Source of the DNA: a virus
Strand: one strand, 5' to 3'
Length of the DNA: 41,544 nucleotides
IMG/VR virus record: IMGVR_UViG_3300025572_000005
Position numbers and translations under genes: made by a program. The notes under the pieces are model-generated. The model did not search any database, was not told where the DNA came from, and saw nothing but the letters and a program-made list of their open reading frames with translations. Shown here piece after piece: positions 30,211-40,200 of the stretch (positions within the stretch are counted from its first letter, which is position 1; each line of letters starts with the position of its first letter).

Positions 30211-30924
30211 CTAGAAAACGAATGCGACCCAGTTTACGTCGAAGGTTGAAGGTCCAATATTCAGGAACCCCGGCTGATGCACGATCGACTTACCCGCGAT
30301 CTCGAACCGATAATAGTCACCATTCCCGTCTTGCTCGACCGGTCCCAAAACCGGAACATAGAGGTCATACCCGCCCACCCCATCGGGCACAAACTTCATA
30401 AAATCTGCGCATGAGATGTGGAAGTATGGGCGCTTACTGGTGGGCGGAATGTTTATCAAGGCACTTCCATTGTACGCGATGGTTTCGGTCCCGGCTGCTA
30501 GAACTTGCAAGATACGTTTCGAACTGGAGAACACCTTCTGGCCGAACGGGTCGAATACCTGAATGCCGTGGCTACTCGTTTCTAGGAAGAAGTCATAGGT
30601 GAAGAGCTGCACCCTCGCCTTCCCTGTTGTAGCGGTCTGGTCTTTCGTGACGGCCGTAATCACAGAACTGTAGGCATACGGCATGTTCGGTTGGACTTTC
30701 TCCAAACCTGGAGGTGCGAGATACCCCTCCTCAAGAGACATGACCACCACAACCGGGGCGGTTTCTACCAGTAGCAACGTAAGGAATAATGGTGTCGAAG
30801 GGGCCGACCAAGCGGGTAACTGGAATTCCCAGCTCGCCGATGGTACGACATGGGCGTGGTACGGATCGACCAATATGGCCCCGTCGTCACGCTTAATGAG
30901 AATCCCGTATTCTGGCATGCCCAT
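30211..30924 (-). CDS. Hypothetical tail-associated protein (237 aa)
   Basis: Last ORF of the tail module before the holin. GC is lower than the genome average. No motif recognised. Confidence 0.6.
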   Translation of the reverse strand: MGMPEYGILIKRDDGAILVDPYHAHVVPSASWEFQLPAWSAPSTPLFLTLLLVETAPVVVVMSLEEGYLAPPGLEKVQPNMPYAYSSVITAVTKDQTATTGKARVQLFTYDFFLETSSHGIQVFDPFGQKVFSSSKRILQVLAAGTETIAYNGSALINIPPTSKRPYFHISCADFMKFVPDGVGGYDLYVPVLGPVEQDGNGDYYRFEIAGKSIVHQPGFLNIGPSTFDVNWVAFVF

Positions 30925-30930
30925 GTTCGA

Positions 30931-31221
30931 TCACTCCCTAGCGAGTACGACCACAAGTGACTCGTCAACGAACATTCCCAATGGATAGTCGATCTCAAGA
31001 CCGACCCATTGCCCCCCTGAAATGATGTGGGCCCAACTGTGCGGTACGATGCTGTTTATGGCGTAAATAACAACGGTAGGCTCATGGTACAATGGCTCGT
31101 CATAGGTAATCGTCCCCGGAGTGTCGACAACCTCAAAATGCCATACGCGATGAAGTAGCAGGCTACCATCGAAGATCAGATTTCCCTGATCGTCATACGT
31201 CGCCATTCCCCACGCCATCAC
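30931..31221 (-). CDS. Hypothetical tail-associated protein (96 aa)
   Basis: ORF in the tail module. The N-terminal ...ATYDDQGNLIFDGS resembles the N-terminus of the next gene (GILIKRDDGAILVD). Confidence 0.55.
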   Translation of the reverse strand: MMAWGMATYDDQGNLIFDGSLLLHRVWHFEVVDTPGTITYDEPLYHEPTVVIYAINSIVPHSWAHIISGGQWVGLEIDYPLGMFVDESLVVVLARE

Positions 31222-31399
31222 TCGCCACCTCCGTCACGGGGAACTTGTCCAATTCCCTCCTGCCACGCGTCTTTGATACAATCTGCATGTGACGATTCAA
31301 CGCTTTCTGATCGCGCGACGGCAGAGTTCCCCTTGGAGCGATTGTGATTGCATGTTCGCGGCCGATTGACAGGATGCCCTTCAAGTCTGGTCGTTTCAT
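31193..31399 (-). CDS. Hypothetical 68-aa protein
   Basis: The ATG overlaps the stop of the 798-aa gene (TGATG-type). Overlaps the next ORF by 29 nt. Confidence 0.4.
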   Translation of the reverse strand: MKRPDLKGILSIGREHAITIAPRGTLPSRDQKALNRHMQIVSKTRGRRELDKFPVTEVASDGVGNGDV

Positions 31400-33795
31400 C
31401 ACAATTTCCCGATCCTCACTCGCAATTCATCGTTGTCGTCGTATACTTCCCACCTGTCGCCCGTGAATTTCGTCCGCCCGTCGTTGCTCACGATCTCGAC
31501 CGATCCCGCATCGATGGTGATCTGGCTACCATCTGCGGCCGTCATCCTAAATCCGCTCGCGTCGATTTCAACCGTTCCCGCCTCATTGGTGATTTTCATG
31601 CTGCCTGTGAGCCGCAGTATTTGCGTCAGGATCTCGTCGGCGAGGGTGATGGTCCAGAATTTGAGCTCGCGCAAATCGACAGGACTTGAGCCTGGAAACG
31701 TGACCCGCAGCGCGTCCGTTACGATCATCTTGTTCGACGCAAACCGCTGCACCGTATACCCGTTGGCTACGGACGTGTGATCGCCGGTGACCTTGGTCCA
31801 GGTGCCTTCCTTAGTCCGTGCCTCCACGTAATACGCCCGGCCTGTCGTCGTGTAGAGCCGCACCATGTCAAAGAACCACTGCATGGGATATTCGAACGTC
31901 ACCGTCACCGGCCCGCTCGACCACACCGCGCCCGTGCTCACATCCATGTCCCACAGATTATCAAGCGAACCCGCATCGGGAGTCACGTCCGAACTCGCCT
32001 TGATCTGAAACAGATCGCCCGGAAGCCCTTCCGCGACCGACCTCGGCACGCCCGTCAAAACGGTGCTGTAGGGTGAAAACGAGCCGGACACATCGAGGTA
32101 TGCGCTGCGGACGAAGTGCGTAACGCCGCCCGTCAGACCATCAAACTCGAACTTGCTGGCTTTGTTCACCGCTCTCCGTGTGGACATTTCGGGGAACGAA
32201 GGGTCCGTGCTGACTTCCACGAGTGTCGCTGCCCATCTGACCGAATGGACCGGCGGCGTGGGAATCTGGACCGTAAGCCCCTCGATGAACGGAGTAACTT
32301 GACCACCAGACGGAGCAGGAAGCGTGACTCCGCCTCCACTGATGTCCTCCGGCGGCACCGGCGGCTTTGCCCCCGGTCGCGTCTGCATCTTGCGCCAGCG
32401 CTTATCGCCGCCGACGACGCGGGATTGGCCGACCATCTCCGTCTCGAACACTTTGGCATCGAAATCGAGTACGTGGCGGACGCTCACGACGCCCATGAAA
32501 TCCTCGGTGCTGCTGATCCGCGGATCGGCGATAACGACGCCCGTGAAAACGTCCGCGGTGGGCATCAGGGGCGTGACGACCGTTTTCGATCCCACGATCT
32601 CGCCGCAGTCATGGACGGCCGCCTCACCAAGAGCAAGTGCCTCTTCCTCCGTGTCGATGAGCGAGAGTTCGCCCTCGGAAAACTGCATCGCCCGTTCTTC
32701 CCATTGGGCGATCGACGCCTCATTGCGGACGATCACAGTCTTGCGCTCGCCCGTAGCCTTCTCCGTGAACTCGATCACGGCCACATTTCTGATCTGGTCG
32801 TCACCGATCTCGTCTGTATGGTCGTAGATGTGCTTGACATGCGTGAGGTAGAAATCGGCGCTTCCCGAGTCCTTGAGCCTCGGCGGCTCCATGAGGACGA
32901 GTCGGAACGCCCCGAGCGCCGGAACCCATCGATAGCCGAGGAACCACCCAAATTGAGCGGCCACGTTTTGAATCGCATCCCACACACTCTGATATTGCGT
33001 GCGAAAACGACCGCAACGAAACGGAGGCTGCTTGGGCACGTAGAGTTGCGGCGTCGCGGTTTTGATGTAGCGATTTAGAATCTGCTGGATCACCGTCGCA
33101 GCCGGCACCGGATTGTCGTCGTCGCCGAACTCCTCTGCCTCGTAGATGTAGGTATACATCAGGCGCTTGGCGAGGTCTCGGCACTGCACGGTCACGTCCG
33201 AGCCAGAGGTCGTCGTCTTGTCGATGAACCCATGAAACAGCGTGACCCAATCGATTGCCGTGGGTTGCACACCGAGAGGCGTCACCGCGGCCCGGAGAGC
33301 CACTTCCGCCATCGGTCTTAGAATAGGCGCGAAATCGCCCTTGAAGCGGTTCCATGCGCTCGTTTGATCTCTCGGGGAAAACCCATCGCGGGCGTACTTG
33401 TGCTTCGTCCCGAACAGGCGGTCGATGAGGAGCGCGGCACTCTCCTTCTCATCGCCAATCACGTCCGACTCGTCGCCGACGACGTAGGTTTCGTCCTGCG
33501 ACGTGTCCTCGGGCCACGCCGGGACGAGCATGCCCTCATTTTGCACCGTGAACGTCATGCTCCGTACCACCGCATCCGCCCCGGTGCCGCCCGTTCCGAC
33601 GCCCGATACGTCGCCGAGTTCCACTTCGGCGCGGACGAGATAGCCGGTCAGATCTTCCCAAGTGTAACCGTCCGGCCGTCCAACGAGAAGCTGCGCGTGA
33701 ATCTGGCGATTGGCTTCGTCGAGCCAGAACTGTTCACTTTGCGCCGTGGACCAGGAGGTCGAGAGCGTGGTCGGTAAGGTGAGTCCGGTTGCCAT
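31399..33795 (-). CDS. Large tail tip / baseplate hub-like protein with C-terminal carbohydrate-binding-like region
   Basis: 798 aa. The central segment YQSVWDAIQNVAAQFGWFLGYRW resembles hub (gpD/gp44/Tal-type) proteins. The C-terminal beta-rich part suggests a discoidin-like module. Confidence 0.6.
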   Translation of the reverse strand: MATGLTLPTTLSTSWSTAQSEQFWLDEANRQIHAQLLVGRPDGYTWEDLTGYLVRAEVELGDVSGVGTGGTGADAVVRSMTFTVQNEGMLVPAWPEDTSQDETYVVGDESDVIGDEKESAALLIDRLFGTKHKYARDGFSPRDQTSAWNRFKGDFAPILRPMAEVALRAAVTPLGVQPTAIDWVTLFHGFIDKTTTSGSDVTVQCRDLAKRLMYTYIYEAEEFGDDDNPVPAATVIQQILNRYIKTATPQLYVPKQPPFRCGRFRTQYQSVWDAIQNVAAQFGWFLGYRWVPALGAFRLVLMEPPRLKDSGSADFYLTHVKHIYDHTDEIGDDQIRNVAVIEFTEKATGERKTVIVRNEASIAQWEERAMQFSEGELSLIDTEEEALALGEAAVHDCGEIVGSKTVVTPLMPTADVFTGVVIADPRISSTEDFMGVVSVRHVLDFDAKVFETEMVGQSRVVGGDKRWRKMQTRPGAKPPVPPEDISGGGVTLPAPSGGQVTPFIEGLTVQIPTPPVHSVRWAATLVEVSTDPSFPEMSTRRAVNKASKFEFDGLTGGVTHFVRSAYLDVSGSFSPYSTVLTGVPRSVAEGLPGDLFQIKASSDVTPDAGSLDNLWDMDVSTGAVWSSGPVTVTFEYPMQWFFDMVRLYTTTGRAYYVEARTKEGTWTKVTGDHTSVANGYTVQRFASNKMIVTDALRVTFPGSSPVDLRELKFWTITLADEILTQILRLTGSMKITNEAGTVEIDASGFRMTAADGSQITIDAGSVEIVSNDGRTKFTGDRWEVYDDNDELRVRIGKL

Positions 33796-33812
33796 GTGAT
33801 GTGCTCCACCTC

Positions 33813-35453
33813 CTATGACGACGATGTAATGTTGCCGGTGAGTGTGCTCCCCGAATTCGTGCGCTGGTGGATTTGCTCAACGGCGTTGCCCAGGCAATAG
33901 TTGAATGCGATCTGATGCGATCCGGTACTCGATGAATCGATCTCTTGGATGCCGTATTGCTGCGTCGCGGTCTCCTGGTCGTCGAAACATGAGTTGCCCA
34001 TGATGACGCACCTAACCGCGGTGCCGGCTAGGCTGATCCCGGCGCGCTCCGTCGCTAGCTCGTCCTGCCCATTGTTCCGGCAAATGTTCCCCTGGACCAT
34101 GATGCCCTCATAGTCCTGGACCTTGATCCCCGCGAACCCGTTCGACGAGCAGATATTGCCGATCAACGTCCAGCCGTTAGACTTCACCTGAATGCCGTGC
34201 TGAGTGTTGCTGTGGCAGTTGTTGCCGATGAGCTGGTTGCCCGTGCAGTCATCGCTCTCATGCGTCTCGATGCCGTTCAACGCGTTGTCGTGGCAGATGT
34301 TGTCCGCAATCACCAGCCGCTGCGACGCATTGGTAATGCTGATCCCGTCGTCGGTCGAGTCGAAACACTCGTTCCCCCGAATCACGCCGTCTTTGGAGTA
34401 GTCGGGATGGATGCAGGGCGCACCGTTGGAAATCACGTTGTTTTCGACCACGAAATGTCTACAGGAACCCAGGTAGATTCCATTTCTATCGGTACCTGCA
34501 TCTGCGATGCGGCATCCCGAGACTCGGAAATGTTCACTTAGGAAAATGTTGAGCAGATCGTCGCTGCCGTTTTTGATGATGCAGTCCTCGATCACGAAAT
34601 GGTCGCACTGGTCAACGAACACGACGCGCGCCGCATTCGACATGGCGTCGCCCTGGCCATCGAAGCAGATCCCGCGGACGCTCCAGCCGTCCACCTGCGA
34701 CGGCGCAAATACGATGCCACCCGTCGTGCCCGACAACGCGCGCTTGATGACCGTGGACTCCGCACCTGCGCCGACCAGCGCAATATTCTCGCGAATCGTG
34801 AGCCCCGAGCCAAGCATATAGGTGCCGGGCGGGACCAGGACGATCCCCCCGTTGGGTAGCGAATTCATCGCGGCATTGAATGCGGAGAGATCATTGGTTG
34901 CACCGTCGCCCTTGGCCCCGAACGCACGCACGTCCACGACGGGAACACGCCCCGGAACGATCATGCCGCAAACGTCCTCATCGTCACGTTCGTCGGTGAT
35001 GTCTGCGGCCTCGATCTCGGTCGCATTCGCTTCGACCAGCACTTGCGCCAGGCTAATCTCCCATGCTTCGGTATCGCGTGTGAGCGACGGCGGTGCAGGA
35101 TTGGCGGCGGGCGTGCCTTGCTTCACCTGCACGGTGATGGTGCGAGCCGCCACCGCCGTATCCATCCGCACCACAATGCGGTCGATGCGCGGGTTCGTGG
35201 AGTCGGCGGCGGCGATTTCGAGCACTTCGGGCACGGAGTAGAGATTGTAATGGCGTCCTTGAATCCACGCGCTACCGAGGCCCACTTGCACGGCCATCGA
35301 CGCGGGGCTTGTCGGCGAAACCGCGAGTTCGTCGCCATCGCCTGCGATTACGCCGTCGCGGCCAGTGAGCGATGCGAACACACGGGACCAGTCGGCAGCC
35401 GCGTACGGACGGTCGCCATTTTGGCTGTCGAAGAATGCGGATCTCTGTGCCAT
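33813..35453 (-). CDS. Tail fibre / tailspike with pectate-lyase-like right-handed beta-helix (putative depolymerase)
   Basis: N-terminal fibre-anchor pattern (NGDRPYAAADW...IDRIVVR...ITDERDDEDVCG). Then VDVRAFGAKGDGATNDLSAFNAAMNSLPNGGIVLVPPGTY (Pectate_lyase_3) and repeated beta-helix coils. Confidence 0.85.
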   Translation of the reverse strand: MAQRSAFFDSQNGDRPYAAADWSRVFASLTGRDGVIAGDGDELAVSPTSPASMAVQVGLGSAWIQGRHYNLYSVPEVLEIAAADSTNPRIDRIVVRMDTAVAARTITVQVKQGTPAANPAPPSLTRDTEAWEISLAQVLVEANATEIEAADITDERDDEDVCGMIVPGRVPVVDVRAFGAKGDGATNDLSAFNAAMNSLPNGGIVLVPPGTYMLGSGLTIRENIALVGAGAESTVIKRALSGTTGGIVFAPSQVDGWSVRGICFDGQGDAMSNAARVVFVDQCDHFVIEDCIIKNGSDDLLNIFLSEHFRVSGCRIADAGTDRNGIYLGSCRHFVVENNVISNGAPCIHPDYSKDGVIRGNECFDSTDDGISITNASQRLVIADNICHDNALNGIETHESDDCTGNQLIGNNCHSNTQHGIQVKSNGWTLIGNICSSNGFAGIKVQDYEGIMVQGNICRNNGQDELATERAGISLAGTAVRCVIMGNSCFDDQETATQQYGIQEIDSSSTGSHQIAFNYCLGNAVEQIHQRTNSGSTLTGNITSSS

Positions 35454-35473
35454 GTAAAGACCTCCAGAACGCG

Positions 35474-35496
35474 AAAAAGACGCCTTCCGGCGTCCT
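35474..35496 (-). terminator. Intrinsic terminator just upstream of the tailspike gene
   Basis: The minus strand reads GGACGCC-GGAA-GGCGTC followed by TTTTT, then SD GGAGG and ATG 35453. Confidence 0.55.
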
Positions 35497-35524
35497 CAGA
35501 TTGCCACTAACGAGCACTACTGCG

Positions 35525-35785
35525 TCACTCGGCGCTCTCGGCCTCCCATTCCGCCCGGTACGCCTCGATGTACGCACGCGCGGCCGCGGCGTCACCTAGT
35601 ACCGTACCGTGCTGCTCCAACCATTCCACCTCGTCGTCGTTGAATAGACCCTCGACAAGCGCCGCCGACTGGTCGAGACTGTACCGCACAGCTCGATTGT
35701 ATGGCGGGTAGTCGTAGTCCGTCCGGCCGAGTTGCACGGCCCGGCCGATGTCGTCGCCCGTGACGAGTGCATACAGGTGCCTCAT
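35525..35785 (-). CDS. Hypothetical 86-aa protein
   Basis: ATG 35785 has an ATGA overlap with the LamG gene stop. Confidence 0.55.
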   Translation of the reverse strand: MRHLYALVTGDDIGRAVQLGRTDYDYPPYNRAVRYSLDQSAALVEGLFNDDEVEWLEQHGTVLGDAAAARAYIEAYRAEWEAESAE

Positions 35786-36540
35786 GCCGCGAACCCTCCG
35801 ATTCTCGCGAGCGCCTGGATTTCGGACTCCGACAACACACGCGACCACATAGCGATGTAGGCCATGTCGCCCGCAAACCAAGGATTGGATCCAGTGCCAG
35901 ACCCCGCGCGTGGCCCACCGGCGGGGGCAGTATCCTCAAACGTGGTATCGTCCCCAAAATCGGGCGTGCCTGTCACGGCGACTTCAGATCCATCAACAAA
36001 GAGGTTAACGTCATCATTCGGGATGTCCACAGTAACGTGGATCATATGCACTCCGATGGATAGGCCGGAGTTTGACGCAACCGTCTGTGCATTGGGATTA
36101 GTTGCAGACCGCAGTACGACATTTAATTGTTCATTAGCATTCAGGCTCAAGTTAAACCGAGACATAGAACTTGATCCCGACTGAGACTCGTACCAGATCG
36201 TTTTGTTGTTCGATGTGTCGACAACCTCGACGATCGCCATGAATGTTACGGTGCTGAGCCCCCGCACGCTACACCCTGCCGCTGCGGTGATTACGTCGTT
36301 TATACCATCAAACCGGACCATTGCGTCCACGCGGTGACTCGGCCCGATGACCCCGAGCGTCGGCCCGTTGAAGGTGCCGATGCGGCCATTTCCGGAGGCG
36401 TCAGCGGCAGTAGTGCCCGAGAACTCCTGCAACGGCCAGCAGAAGCGCAGGTCGGACAAGCTGAGAATGTGCTGCAGGAGTTGAGGGCGTACGGCGGCAT
36501 CCGTGTACGATTTGGCAAGCGCCAGCGTTACCGGGTCCAT
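35782..36540 (-). CDS. LamG / concanavalin-A-like lectin domain tail protein (candidate receptor-binding protein)
   Basis: ...FDGINDVITAA...VTFMAIVEV...IHVTVD...VNLFVDGSEV...FAGDMAYIAMWSRVLSESEIQAL is the Laminin_G_3 pattern. ATG 36540 has a 1-nt overlap. Confidence 0.7.
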   Translation of the reverse strand: MDPVTLALAKSYTDAAVRPQLLQHILSLSDLRFCWPLQEFSGTTAADASGNGRIGTFNGPTLGVIGPSHRVDAMVRFDGINDVITAAAGCSVRGLSTVTFMAIVEVVDTSNNKTIWYESQSGSSSMSRFNLSLNANEQLNVVLRSATNPNAQTVASNSGLSIGVHMIHVTVDIPNDDVNLFVDGSEVAVTGTPDFGDDTTFEDTAPAGGPRAGSGTGSNPWFAGDMAYIAMWSRVLSESEIQALARIGGFAA

Positions 36541-36920
36541 CACGCCACCCCCAGGCTGCGCCACGTCGAGCCATCCGAAACCGACACGTCGCCAGTGTCT
36601 ATGCTCCAGTACGTCACACCGGGGTCAACAGCGTCCGCAGAGGGACGGTTGGCAGCGGGACCTCGGAGGTCCATTAAACTGCCCGTTAGTGTCACTTGTC
36701 CGAGCGCACGGTTCGCCCGGTCGGAAACATCGACCGTACCCGATAGTTGCATTTTCGCCGTACCATTGTCGAGCAGGCCTTTGAGGGCGGCTAGCGTCGT
36801 TTCCGTCGAGAAATCCTTGCTCTCAAAGGCAGTTTTGATCGCGTCCAAAGTGGCTTCGCGCGCCGCCTGCTGTATCGCCTGGTAGAACTGTAGCAGATTG
36901 ATGTCCGCCATGCTCCACAC
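36540..36920 (-). CDS. Hypothetical tail protein (126 aa)
   Basis: ORF coupled to the LamG gene, within the tail module. Confidence 0.55.
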   Translation of the reverse strand: MWSMADINLLQFYQAIQQAAREATLDAIKTAFESKDFSTETTLAALKGLLDNGTAKMQLSGTVDVSDRANRALGQVTLTGSLMDLRGPAANRPSADAVDPGVTYWSIDTGDVSVSDGSTWRSLGVA

Positions 36921-36923
36921 CCC

Positions 36924-37283
36924 CTACCGTTCGATGACCGTAAACGACATCGTGCGATACTCATTGAGGCCCAGGATGCGGCCCTTGATCCACGATTCGG
37001 CGTCAATCCGTGCGATGACTGTGTTGCTTTCGTCGCCGAATTCGTCGACCCACCAGGTGCTATATCCCCACATGATGGTGTTGAGGAACAGTTCGATTTC
37101 CTGTACCTGTTCAATTGGTATCGGTCTTGTCGCGATGTCCCATGCTCGTTTAACAGCTATCGCATCTCGTCTTTCGACGCCGCCTGCTATCCTGCGGGTT
37201 TGCGCGATGTCGATCAACCGTTCTGCGTACTCGTATATGTCCGGTATCTCGAATCCACCGAACCGAGCGATCACGATGTGCAC
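36924..37283 (-). CDS. Minor tail protein, lambda gpM / distal-tail-like (tentative)
   Basis: 119 aa immediately after the tape measure. Its layout (...RAWDIATRPIPIEQVQEIELFLN...STWWVDEFG...MSFTVIE) parallels lambda gpM. Confidence 0.45.
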   Translation of the reverse strand: MHIVIARFGGFEIPDIYEYAERLIDIAQTRRIAGGVERRDAIAVKRAWDIATRPIPIEQVQEIELFLNTIMWGYSTWWVDEFGDESNTVIARIDAESWIKGRILGLNEYRTMSFTVIER

Positions 37284-37289
37284 CGATCA

Positions 37290-40200
37290 TCACACCCCAT
37301 ATTGGACGGACATCTCATGGCGCAATGCTTCCCTGACCGAGCGCCTGATAAGTCGGTCGAGATCGCTCTGACCGTATATGGGACCCTGGATGGAAACATG
37401 GACTGACGTTTGACCTGCCCGTCTGATAATCTGTTCGAGTCGATTTAGCGGAATCACCGCCTCGCGTCCTCGTTCGCCCACAAGCGCTACCGTTGGTTGC
37501 GTCACGATGCCCCCATCCGCTAGAGGCATGGGGACCGCGATTTGGCCTCGGACCAGTGCGGTTTTGAAAATGGCCGGCACGTTTCGGAGCGCCCCGAACT
37601 CTTCTCGGACGCGCTCCGTCGCATCAGCCAGCAGCCCCATTTCTTCGAGGAGCTCGTACAGGGGCGTGGACCGAGTTTTGATCTCATCCATGATCTCCCG
37701 AATTCCCCGCATCTCCTCGGGCGAAATGTCGATGTCGACGAGGGCCTCACGGATCATGTCGCCAAGTTGCTCGAATAGCGGGGCCATCGCCGCCGACTCC
37801 AGGAACGCCGTCACGAACGCGCTACGCACCCGACTCGTCAGGGCGCCTTCCATGTCCCGCGCGAAATCCTCCGCCGTGCTCGCCGAGAACGCTGCGGCGA
37901 CGGCACTCTGTAGGCCCCTGGTCGTGATGCCGAGGAGTTCTCGGATACGATTCTCCAGTTGCTCTCCGGCGCCGGACTGGAACGCCTCAATTTCCGCCTC
38001 GATCTGCGCGAGCTGCGCTTTGAGCGAATTGAGTTGCGCCCGTTGATGTGCGCCACCGAACCGCTCGATGTTCTCGATTTGTTCGATCAACGCGTTTCGG
38101 GCCGCGATGAGGTCGGCGATCATCGACTCGGGGTCCGCTGTGACGAGTTCGTGAAACTGCGCGTTGGCGAGCGTGCGGCTCCATGCCTGAGACGCCTGTT
38201 CGAGGGCCTGCGCCACCTGCTCCAACATCTGCCCCGTCCGATTCATGCCGGAGAGTGCCTGGAACAGGAGGTCGATGCCGACCGTGAGGGCCGACGTCAT
38301 GAACCCACTCGCGTTGAATCCGAACGATCCGGTCAGGCCAGGTCCCGCCGTGAACGTAATCGACTGCGCGAGAACGCGCCCGAGCGGACCGAGGTTTCGA
38401 CCAAATGCCTCGATCCCCGCGCGCACCACGGATTCTGTCTGCGTCAGCGCCGCCTGCTCCATCCGCAGGATTTTGACCTGCCAGATGAGTTCCTCCATCT
38501 CTGGCGTGATCGCATCCGTGACGGCGAACATTTCCCGGATCGACTGCGTGAGCACGTCGATTTGGTATGAGAGCGGGTCGAACCCGATGCCGGTCAGTTG
38601 CCGCTCCAACTCCATGCCGATGCCGAGCGCCCGTCCCCTTTCGGCCCGGATTTCGTCTAGACGCGATGGGGCGGTTTCGAGCGATTCGACCAGTCGATCA
38701 ATCGCCCGCGTAAGTTCGTTGTAGAGGCGTAGTTGCTCGTTGTTCGCGTAGTATAGACCGCCGCTTGCCTGGGTGAGTTCGATCAGCTGCATCCGCAGCC
38801 GATGCAATGCGGCCAGTGCGTCCTCCATCGGGATGAGGCCCGCATCCACGCGCAGTTCCAACCTGCGGAGTTCGTTTTCGAGAGCCTGCTCCGCCACCAG
38901 AGGTCGTGGCATCTGCCGCGGCAATGTCTCCCGGGAAATGGCCTGCGGCAGGCTCGCCATGATCTCGTCGTGCACGTTTTTCACGTTTTGGAGCGTGGTT
39001 AGCCACGTCAGCGTACCGTCGTTGAGTTTCTCGGTCCGCCTGACGAGGTCCGCCGCACGGTCCGCTAGCGTTTCGAGCGGGACAATGCCGAGATCGAACT
39101 GGCTGCGGATCAGTCGTGCCAGATGATTGATGGCCTCGAACGGCTCGGCATACCTGCCTAGCCGGAGTTGTTCCGCAGCCACGGTGAGTTCGGCACGGAG
39201 GCGTCCTGCTTCCACCTCCGCCATAGCCAGAGCGAATGTGAGTTCGTCGACCTCTTCAGGCAGGAGTTTCCCGTCGTCGAGGACGTCCCGTGTCAACCTC
39301 GCGATCTCTTCGCGAGCCCGGATCTCCGCTTCGAGGCTCCTCACACGCTCCTGCGCTGCATCGCGTAACCACTGCTCTTGGTCGACCGCCGCGCCGATTC
39401 GGTTCTGGACCTCCGCCATGCCTGCGAGGAATAGGTCGAGTTCCCGATTGACGTCTCGGACACGTTCCTCCCAGCGTCGAAACGCCGCCGACGATTCGGC
39501 TGAGGTATCCGTGATCTCGACATTCAGACTCTCGAGGAACGCCTTCTGCTGTTCCTCAAGACGCTCGAGTTCGCTCCTCCTCGCCACAAGCGCATCGCGT
39601 AGCGCCCGGAGGTCCTCCAACTGATCGAGTAACCCGCCTTGGCCCTCCGGTGCCGCCTCGAACGTGATGCGAGGCCCTCCGATTACGGGCGTTGTGAGTT
39701 GCTCGCGGAGTTCCGCTATCCGGGCCTCGGTCTCGGCGATTTGGGCATTCACCCGCTCCAGTTCCCGGTCGATGTCGCCCACCGTGGCGAACTGCGAGAG
39801 GTCCTGACGGAGATTCCGAGCCTGCATCGAGGCGAGGCTCAACCCCACGGTCAACGACACGACCGCGCTTGCGACGAGTGCGATCCATCCGGCGGGACCG
39901 GCCGCCAGGCGCAGCGTGGTCGAGAGTGCTTGCCATGCTCGAACCGCCGCCCACGTGCCGGTCGTCAACGCCGCCATAGACCCCACGGCGCCGACAGTGC
40001 CAACACCGATCGTCCCGATGAGCGATCTCGTCTCGGTGCCCAGGTTCGCAACGGATGCACTTGCCTGGGAGATCAATTGCACCATTGGCCGCAGGGTCGG
40101 GATGAATTCCGCCACAATGCTGCGCGTGGCGCCGGCGAGTTGGGCGCGCATGACATCGAGTTCGCTCGCGAAATCAGCGAGTGCGGCGATGGTTTCCCGG

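Noticed and set aside
31399-36540. A diversity-generating retroelement acting on the LamG or tail fibre genes.
   Set aside because: No reverse transcriptase ORF exists anywhere in the genome. I could not see a template/variable repeat pair by eye. A proper self-alignment would be needed to exclude it fully.
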